Both the position numbers and the translations under genes were made by a program. From contig CP060218.1 in assembly GCA_023898345.1 (NCBI GenBank), forward strand, positions 413,510-477,509: DNA of 64,000 nt, read 5' to 3'. Shown one piece after another: positions 57,674 to 64,000 of this stretch (position 1 is the stretch's first letter; each line of letters opens with the position of its first letter). The notes under the pieces are model-generated. The model was not told where the DNA came from. It worked only from the letters and a program-made list of their open reading frames with translations, and ran no database searches. This DNA is from Candidatus Woesearchaeota archaeon. Its GTDB lineage: Archaea > Nanobdellota > Nanobdellia > Woesearchaeales > UBA583.

Positions 57674-58536
57674 AAATTTCCTTTTGATTTTTTTTTCTTG
57701 TTGAGGAATTGTACTGTGCTTTCGTACGCTTGCTGTGCATCTTTTGCAAATTCTATACATTGAAATTCTTTTTTACTAATGAGGCCCATTTCAATTAGTC
57801 TTTTGAAGTTGACTGTTTGTGTCCAGTGTTCTTCGTCGTAGAGGATGACTTTGATGTGGCGTTCTAATTTTCTTGTTTGTATGAGTGTGAGCACGCCAAA
57901 GAGTTCGTCGAAGGTTCCAAAACCACCTGGAAAAAAAATGAGGACTCTTGCGTATTCTAAAAGCCAGTATTTTCTCATGAAGAAATAATGGAATTCAAAA
58001 CTGTGTTCGTGCAAAACGTAGGGGTTGACTTCTTGTTCATGTGGGAGGGAAATATTGAGGCCTATGCTCTTAATTCCTCCTAATTTTGTTCCTTTACTTG
58101 CGGCTTCCATGATTCCTGGTCCTCCACCTGTCACTATTGTTGTGTCCTTGTTTTCTTTGCTGTCGAGGAGATACTTAGCAAGTTTTTTCGAGAGGTCCAC
58201 TGCTTGTGTGTAGTACTTTGAACTTTGGTTATTTTTTGGTGGGATTCTTGCCGAGCCGTAGAAAATAATGGAATGCTTTATTCCGAGTTCTGCAAATTTT
58301 TCGTGAGGTCCTATGTACTCTGCTATGAGTCGTAGTGGTCGTGCGCTTTCTGATTGCATAAAGTCTTTTTGTAGGTAAATGAGTGGGCTTTCTTTTTTTT
58401 TCATCTTGGAACTTTTGCTGTCTTTCCTTTTATTTAGGTTTGTTACTACTTTTTTTTCTTTCTTTTTTTCTCTGTGACTTTTCAATGACAGCAAAATATT
58501 ATTGAAGCTTTTGGGAACTCTTCTTTTATGATTCAA
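57670..58536 (-). CDS. LOG family (TIGR00730) Rossmann-fold nucleotide-binding protein. The N-terminus is probably shorter than the listed ORF.
   Basis: TGGGPGIMEAASKG and PGGFGTFDELFGVLTLIQT. Confidence 0.7.
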   Translation of the reverse strand: MNHKRRVPKSFNNILLSLKSHREKKKEKKVVTNLNKRKDSKSSKMKKKESPLIYLQKDFMQSESARPLRLIAEYIGPHEKFAELGIKHSIIFYGSARIPPKNNQSSKYYTQAVDLSKKLAKYLLDSKENKDTTIVTGGGPGIMEAASKGTKLGGIKSIGLNISLPHEQEVNPYVLHEHSFEFHYFFMRKYWLLEYARVLIFFPGGFGTFDELFGVLTLIQTRKLERHIKVILYDEEHWTQTVNFKRLIEMGLISKKEFQCIEFAKDAQQAYESTVQFLNKKKKSKGNF

Positions 58537-59151
58537 GATTTTATCAATTCTCTAATGAGTATTTCTTTTCACGAGTATCTTGTGACTGTTAAACCCCTTG
58601 CTTTTTTTGTTGCTGGCATGGTTGTGTATTCTATTTTTATTTTCAAATTTTATCGTTTTCTTGGAAGAAGGGATATTATTCGTCTGGGGTTACAAGGTAA
58701 GGCTGCTTCGTACTCGCACAGTGTTATTCAAAATTTTTTCAAGGTTATTTTTTACATTTTAGAGTACATGATTGTTTTGCCTGTTGTTATTTTTTTTTGG
58801 TTTGTTGTTTTGGCAACTCTTTTAACTTTTCTTTCAAAAAATCAATCGTTTGATACTATTTTATTAGTGGCTATTTCTGTCGTTGGGGCTGTTAGGGTTA
58901 CTTCTTACTATAATGAGGATTTATCTAAAGATCTTGCAAAAATGCTTCCTTTTGCTTTGCTTGGTGTTTTTATCGTCGATATTTCTTATTTTGACTTATC
59001 TTCGTCATTTCTTTTTGTTGGGCAGGCTCTTGAACAGGTAAGTACTTTAGTTTATTTTTTGGGTTTTATAGTTGTTCTCGAAATGACTTTGAGGCTTTTG
59101 CGTTTGCTTCTTTTTCCGTTTGCAAAGGATTCTGACGAGGATGAGAATTGA
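58528..59151 (+). CDS. Membrane protein, function unknown
   Basis: Multiple hydrophobic segments. Confidence 0.4.
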   Translation: MIQDFINSLMSISFHEYLVTVKPLAFFVAGMVVYSIFIFKFYRFLGRRDIIRLGLQGKAASYSHSVIQNFFKVIFYILEYMIVLPVVIFFWFVVLATLLTFLSKNQSFDTILLVAISVVGAVRVTSYYNEDLSKDLAKMLPFALLGVFIVDISYFDLSSSFLFVGQALEQVSTLVYFLGFIVVLEMTLRLLRLLLFPFAKDSDEDEN

Positions 59152-59152
59152 A

Positions 59153-59926
59153 ATGAAAAAACATAAAATTTTACTTTATAATGTTGAGTATTGTGAGGGG
59201 ATGAAGGGACGTTTTCTTGAGTATTTGAAATTTTGGCGAACTTTTCATGCGCCCGCAGAAATAACTTCTTCTTTGGTTAATATGATTAAATCGTTTTCGC
59301 CTGAGGTTTTGGGTCTTATTGAGGTCGATTCGGGATCTGTTCGTTCTGGTGGCCAGAGTATTTGTCGTCGGCTTTCTCGTGAGCTTGGTATGAAAGGTTA
59401 TTTTGAACATGTTAAGTATGGGGAGCGTTCTTGGAAAAAGCTTTTACATTATGTTCCTATTTTGAATAAGCAATCTAATGCGTTACTTGCTCTTCATCCT
59501 TTTGAAGAAACGAAAGTTGAGTTTGTCCGTTGTGGTGTGAAGCAAGCTGTTTTGTGCGCTAAGGTCAGGTTAGGGGGGAGAGATGTTCTTTTTTATTTGG
59601 TTCATCTTTCTTTGAGTGCTGCTGCTAGAAAAAAACAGTTACTTGATCTTGCTCATATTATTGAATTTGGGAGGGGAAATTATCCTGTGGTTTTGATGGG
59701 CGACTTTAATACTTTTGGTGGCGCTGATGAATTAGATATTTTTTTGAAAATAACGGGTCTTGATCTTTTTTCTCGTTTTCCTACTCAACCTGCTTTTAGA
59801 CCGACTCGTCAATTAGATTATATTTTAACTTCTCGGGATATTGAAATTTTAGAATATGCTTCTTTACCTGTCCAGTATTCTGACCATCTGCCTGTGATGA
59901 TGGAGTTTGTGTTTCGGGATTCATAA
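59153..59926 (+). CDS. Endonuclease/exonuclease/phosphatase (EEP) family protein
   Basis: VVLMGDFNTF...QYSDHLPV. Start taken at the ATG right after the upstream stop. Confidence 0.65.
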   Translation: MKKHKILLYNVEYCEGMKGRFLEYLKFWRTFHAPAEITSSLVNMIKSFSPEVLGLIEVDSGSVRSGGQSICRRLSRELGMKGYFEHVKYGERSWKKLLHYVPILNKQSNALLALHPFEETKVEFVRCGVKQAVLCAKVRLGGRDVLFYLVHLSLSAAARKKQLLDLAHIIEFGRGNYPVVLMGDFNTFGGADELDIFLKITGLDLFSRFPTQPAFRPTRQLDYILTSRDIEILEYASLPVQYSDHLPVMMEFVFRDS

Positions 59927-59929
59927 AAA

Positions 59930-60571
59930 ATGGTAAAAACAATTATTTTTGACTTTGATGGAACACTTGCAGATTCTTTTCCTCTTGTTCTAAAGGTGCA
60001 GCAAAAAGTTGCAAGGAAATTTGGGTATAAGGTGATTTTTTATGATCTGGGGTTAAGGGAAAAAAGATTTGTCGACATTTTGAAAGAAGAAGGTGAATTA
60101 CGCTCAAATCTTAGTCTTCTTAGATTTCTTAGTCGTTTTCAGCGAGCGTTCGATGAAGTAGTGGAGGAAATAAGATTGTTTTCTGGTTTTCAAGAACTTT
60201 TACATGAACTAAATGTTGTTAGGGGGTTTGAACTTGGGCTTTTATCTACAAATATTTCTCATCATAGTCTTGAGCATATTGAACATGTTCTTGCAAGGGA
60301 AAATGTTTTACAGTACTTTTCTTTTTTACGTCATGCTAGTGTTTTTGTTGGAAAAAAATATGCTTTGAGAGGAATTCTTAAGGAACGGAATCTTAGTCCC
60401 AAGGATGTTCTTTATGTTGGAGATGAGGTAGATGATTTTTTTTCTTGTAGGAGGGTAGGAATTTCTTTTGTCGGAGTTGGGTGGGGTGTTCATAGTAAGG
60501 CTTTTCTGGAGCGTAGTGGTGTTAAGAAAGTTATTTTAAAACGGGAAGATCTTCTTAAGATTTTGAAGTAG
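59930..60571 (+). CDS. HAD-superfamily hydrolase
   Basis: IIFDFDGTLADS motif I and the GDEVDD motif. Confidence 0.75.
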   Translation: MVKTIIFDFDGTLADSFPLVLKVQQKVARKFGYKVIFYDLGLREKRFVDILKEEGELRSNLSLLRFLSRFQRAFDEVVEEIRLFSGFQELLHELNVVRGFELGLLSTNISHHSLEHIEHVLARENVLQYFSFLRHASVFVGKKYALRGILKERNLSPKDVLYVGDEVDDFFSCRRVGISFVGVGWGVHSKAFLERSGVKKVILKREDLLKILK

Positions 60572-60647
60572 TTTTTTTAAGATGTTCAATTATTAACTAA
60601 TAATCTGTCTTCTATCTGATTTTTGTTTTTTAGAATAACACAAAGAT

Positions 60648-60779
60648 GAAGGTCACCAGAGATTTCCCGTTGGATAACAGTAATGACTCGGCTAGCTAGG
60701 CTTAACTTCTGTGTTCGAGATGGGAACAGGTGTAACCCGTAGTTATATGAACCTTCTATCTTAGTTAACGCTGACCGGT
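60648..60779 (-). rRNA. 5S ribosomal RNA; ends approximate (about 110-130 nt)
   Basis: The minus strand reads ...GUUCCCAUCUCGAACACAGAAGUUAAGCCUAGCUAGCC..., matching the universal 5S loop C/helix III consensus CCCAUCCCGAACxxGAAGUUAAGC. Terminal helix candidates are GAAGGU/ACCUUC or GGUCAGCG/UGGUGACC. Confidence 0.7.
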
Positions 60780-60822
60780 TTATAAAACTTTTGGTAGTCT
60801 GTCCGGCTGAGAGGTATTTCAA

Positions 60823-61260
60823 CTAAGGAATTAATCTTTTTATTATTTCTTCAAGTCTTGGGGGTAGGAGTGCAAATTCCTCGGTCTCATCGATTCTCAT
60901 AATAATTCCTTTTCCTTCTTCTTCTATTCCCTTTAAAGTACGTGGAACTGCTATTGAGTAACTTGCTTTTCCTTGTCTTGGAAGTATGAGGCCAGAATCT
61001 GCTACGACATATTTTTTGCCGCCAACGATTCTTGCTCCTATGTACACGCAGGCATGATCGAAAGGAGAGTTTCCTCTTCCTTCTTTGTCGTTGTAGCAGG
61101 AGATTTGTACGATGTTTTGTTTTCCTTTTGATGGTTTTCCGGGAGTAAGATTGAAGAGGAGTTCGTTTAATTGTTGGTATAAGTCAGGCAAATTTATTAT
61201 CTCGTGCTCTGTTTCTTGTCTCTCGTATTCGAATGCTAAATTTTCAGGTGCTTTGTACAT
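60823..61260 (-). CDS. Hypothetical protein (145 aa)
   Basis: ORF only. Confidence 0.4.
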   Translation of the reverse strand: MYKAPENLAFEYERQETEHEIINLPDLYQQLNELLFNLTPGKPSKGKQNIVQISCYNDKEGRGNSPFDHACVYIGARIVGGKKYVVADSGLILPRQGKASYSIAVPRTLKGIEEEGKGIIMRIDETEEFALLPPRLEEIIKRLIP

Positions 61261-61543
61261 TTTTCTTGTTTCTTTATTTTGGTGATTTTGATGTTTCAGA
61301 AAAAATGGTTTCTGCTATATCTTCTTTAAGGAGAAAGGGCCAGAGCTTTGTTCGCTAGTGGCTAAGAAGTTTTTCAGACCTCAACACTGGTGAACTCACA
61401 AAGGCAATTATGAGAAGAAAAAGAAAAAAAAGAATCTGAAGAAGAACCATTGTGTACAGTTCCAACTTTGTTCTTCCACATTCATGCTTTGTACTGTTTG
61501 TGTGTCGTTTATAAAAATATGTTTGAGTTTTTTGGAGAACTTT

Positions 61544-61948
61544 TTATGAAAGGTATGCTCTCATCTCTTTTCTGAAGTTTTCGGGAAGTAGGACATATCT
61601 TGTGTTTTTGAGAATTCTTGTTTGTGTTCCTTTTTCCAAACTTGTGCGTGTGAGTTGGTATGGTAATATTGTTTGTCTGTTCTTTTGCTGGTGAAGGAGC
61701 AACCCTAAGTCTGAGATGATGAGGTTTTTGTCTGGAAAGTTGGTTGCGCCAAAGTGGACTAGAATTAAAGGAGGGAAATTAAAGTTCTGGAGGAGGATGC
61801 AAGCTAAATCTTGTTTGTCACCTGTATTTTGGAGTTCTTTATAATGAAACTGTGGAAGAGTTGAGATGGTATTATACCATTTCTCAATTAGCTCGGCAGG
61901 GGGGTTTATATTTCTTCCTTGAAGAGGATTTTCAATTTCTTTGTACAT
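61544..61948 (-). CDS. Hypothetical protein; possibly the 3' part of a frameshifted gene
   Basis: Adjacent, on the same strand, to the ORF that ends at 61960. The frames overlap by 11 nt. Confidence 0.35.
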   Translation of the reverse strand: MYKEIENPLQGRNINPPAELIEKWYNTISTLPQFHYKELQNTGDKQDLACILLQNFNFPPLILVHFGATNFPDKNLIISDLGLLLHQQKNRQTILPYQLTRTSLEKGTQTRILKNTRYVLLPENFRKEMRAYLS

Positions 61949-61959
61949 GTTTTGTGTTC

Positions 61960-62430
61960 TTATTGGAATGTATTCAGGGGTGGGAATACTTGGTTCTTTT
62001 CTAAGTACAATATTCCTAAATTCTCTCCTGTATGTTGGTTAAAATATGCAATTTCTCTTTCTCCGCTATTGTCTTTTGGGTTGTATATTAGTTTGAGGAC
62101 ACTATCGTCTTCATCTACTTTATTAGCTATTCTTGAAACCTGATTTTTTTCAAAAGAAAGAGGGAGGTAAGTCCTAGCTAATTCTTTAATTCTTGGTACT
62201 TCTTCTTCAGCATTAACTAATTCAAGTTCTAAGCCACCTAGATAGCTTTTTTTTTCTCCATCTTGATTTTGATTGTAAAAATTTTTCAATACTTTTTGGT
62301 CCATGTATGTTCCCATCCTTAAACTCTCTGATATGAGGTTTGCAAGAACCTGTTCGTAGTAAGGAATAATTGGTTTAGGATTTGCCTCTCTTTCTTTTCT
62401 TGCTCTTATTGCTTCTATGTCATATGTCAT
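61960..62430 (-). CDS. Hypothetical protein; start taken at internal Met 62430
   Basis: The listed ORF 61960..62544 overlaps the flippase gene. An internal MTYDIEAI start is more plausible. Confidence 0.35.
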   Translation of the reverse strand: MTYDIEAIRARKEREANPKPIIPYYEQVLANLISESLRMGTYMDQKVLKNFYNQNQDGEKKSYLGGLELELVNAEEEVPRIKELARTYLPLSFEKNQVSRIANKVDEDDSVLKLIYNPKDNSGEREIAYFNQHTGENLGILYLEKNQVFPPLNTFQ

Positions 62431-62458
62431 GTTTCGAGTGTGGGTAACAGAAATGTAA

Positions 62459-63745
62459 TTAAAAAGTTTTCTTTGCTTTTTTCTCTTTCTTTTCTTCTTT
62501 GTCTTCTTTGAGTTTGTAGTAGTAAATGCCGACAAACAAAGCATCGGAAATGATTTTTACACTCAAGGTTGCAAAAATAATGCCTATGTAACCGAACTGC
62601 CAAACGAGGAGTGGCCCTATAATACAGTTTACGAGCCCAAAAATCCAGAGAAATTCCATGTTTAGTTTGGCGTGTCCTGTTGCTATGCTAAATCCTGTTG
62701 CTGCGACGGTTGCGAGTGCTTGTGAGACGAGGATTGGCAAAAGAAGATTCATGGAAAGAAGTACTTCTGGCGTGTTGTACTGGGTGAGGAAGTGTTTGAG
62801 CAAGGGGGGGAAGAAGAGGAAGACAAAGAGAACGAAGAAGGTGCCGCCAGCAAAGCAAAGGAGCATGTAGCGTTTGTACATGGCAAGAACTTCTTGCTTT
62901 TTTCCTTTGGCGTACAAACGGGTGACTTTTGGGGCAAGAACTTGGGCGAGTACGGTGAATGCGACAATGAGCAAGGTAACTATTTTATTCACCAGTTCGT
63001 AGTATCCTGCTTCTACAACGAGATTGAACCAACTTAGTACAAGAAGATTAACTCGTGTGAAAAGAAAATATCCAAGGGATGAGAGTCCAACAATGAGTGA
63101 GTAGGAGAGAACTTTTTTCATGAGGGGGATGTCTACTTTGGCGACGAATCCTTTGTGCAAGAAAAACAAACTTAGGGCTAGGAGGAAATAGAGGAGATTT
63201 TGTGCTTGTATTGCGCCTGCAAGTCCAAAGTACTTTACTAGGAAATACACGGCAATGAGGGAGACAAGTCCGACACAGACAAAGACCATACTGAGAATTT
63301 TGAATTTTCCTAGTCCGCGAAAGACTCCGTCGTACAAAAATGAGAGGGGTGCAAAGAGGAGAAAGGGCAAGAACATGAGAATATACTTGTATTTGTCACC
63401 AAAGAAAAAGGAACCGAAGATAACTAAGACAAGTGTTATTGCTATGAAAATGAAAAGAATGAGAAGTGCTGAGGTGAAAAGAATGGCGTTAATTTTTTTC
63501 TTTTTTTCGGCGTGTTCTGCGACAAATTTTGAGACTGCTGTTGAAAGACCAAAATCGATGAAAACGAGGAAGAGGAACATGTACGCGACGATGATGTTGT
63601 AGAGTCCAAATTCCTCTGGTGTGAGAAAGGCAGCGGACAAAAAGAAAATGAGAAAGGAAATTCCTTGTTTTCCAAAGACTTGCAGCGCTCGCCAGAAGAC
63701 GTGTTCAATGATTTCTTTTTCTTGTGAGATAAATTTTTTTATCAT
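62459..63745 (-). CDS. Polysaccharide/oligosaccharide flippase (Wzx-like, MOP superfamily)
   Basis: 428 aa, about 12 TM segments, with the N-terminus typical of flippases. Confidence 0.7.
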   Translation of the reverse strand: MIKKFISQEKEIIEHVFWRALQVFGKQGISFLIFFLSAAFLTPEEFGLYNIIVAYMFLFLVFIDFGLSTAVSKFVAEHAEKKKKINAILFTSALLILFIFIAITLVLVIFGSFFFGDKYKYILMFLPFLLFAPLSFLYDGVFRGLGKFKILSMVFVCVGLVSLIAVYFLVKYFGLAGAIQAQNLLYFLLALSLFFLHKGFVAKVDIPLMKKVLSYSLIVGLSSLGYFLFTRVNLLVLSWFNLVVEAGYYELVNKIVTLLIVAFTVLAQVLAPKVTRLYAKGKKQEVLAMYKRYMLLCFAGGTFFVLFVFLFFPPLLKHFLTQYNTPEVLLSMNLLLPILVSQALATVAATGFSIATGHAKLNMEFLWIFGLVNCIIGPLLVWQFGYIGIIFATLSVKIISDALFVGIYYYKLKEDKEEKKEKKAKKTF

Positions 63746-64000
63746 TCTAACAGTTCAGCATAGTACTTTTTGTACAGCTCCACATTTTTTTCTGAGAAGT
63801 TTTCTCTATAATACTTTCTCTCGTATTTACTTAGTTCGTCTAAGATCTCTGGTTTTTTGAGGATTTTTTTTACCCAGTGAATTTGCTCTTTTTTCTCGTC
63901 TGCACACATTACCTTTGTTTTGTCGATGTTTGTGTAATTGCGAAGTCCCATTTCGTGTGTCATGACGGGGATTCCGTAAGCGTAACTGTCGGCTGTTTTT
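63742..64000 (-). CDS. C-terminal part of a glycosyltransferase-like protein; the gene runs off the right edge of the window
   Basis: The frame stays open upstream of Met 63963 to the window edge (...ADSYAYGIPVMTHEM...), which resembles a GT4 C-terminal motif. Confidence 0.4.
   Translation of the reverse strand, partial: KTADSYAYGIPVMTHEMGLRNYTNIDKTKVMCADEKKEQIHWVKKILKKPEILDELSKYERKYYRENFSEKNVELYKKYYAELLE

Noticed and set aside
60586-60822. 78-aa minus-strand ORF
   Set aside because: Coincides with the 5S rRNA gene.
1-64000. Mixed archaeal and bacterial gene content; considered a chimeric or contaminated contig
   Set aside because: AT-richness, codon style (Lys/Ile/Asn-rich) and tight gene packing are uniform across archaeal-type and bacterial-type genes. 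Horizontal acquisition is more parsimonious, but coverage should be checked.

Overview
This is 64 kb of AT-rich, densely packed DNA. The informational genes are archaeal in type: ribosomal proteins L30e, S24e, L39e, uS12 and uS7, proteasome beta subunit, Pth2, SRP54, archaeal/eukaryotic-type TrpRS, Dph2 and a 5S rRNA. Many metabolic and envelope genes are bacterial in type: class II FBA, GT4 glycosyltransferases, MscS, L,D-transpeptidase, RlmN-like and LOG-family. Taken together with the many giant secreted proteins, this suggests a small-genome (DPANN-like) archaeon, but that is inference only.

Main blocks:
1. 1..7572: a Type I restriction-modification operon (hsdR, hsdM, hsdS) with three non-R-M genes wedged between the subunits: an AAA_4/HATPase_c_4 protein, a DUF3800-like protein and a KAP P-loop NTPase. 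This is a candidate R-M-coupled defence module.
2. 7678..36549: two ~140-bp near-identical copies of a structured repeat, in inverted orientation, bracket a 28.6-kb block of core genes. The block holds a split dph2, pyk, pyrH, srp54, pth2, fba, a glycan-synthesis operon, a ribosomal-protein/proteasome cluster, gmk and trpS.
3. Two different IS5-like insertion sequences with intact transposases, terminal inverted repeats and target-site duplications, plus a solo IS end.
4. A tRNA-Arg(TCG) with a probable integrase N-terminal fragment upstream.
5. A PGK–PfkB kinase fusion protein, SMC, and several very large secreted or anchored surface proteins.
6. A stand-alone 5S rRNA hidden under a spurious ORF, and a Wzx flippase/GT locus at the right edge.

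No CRISPR array was seen.
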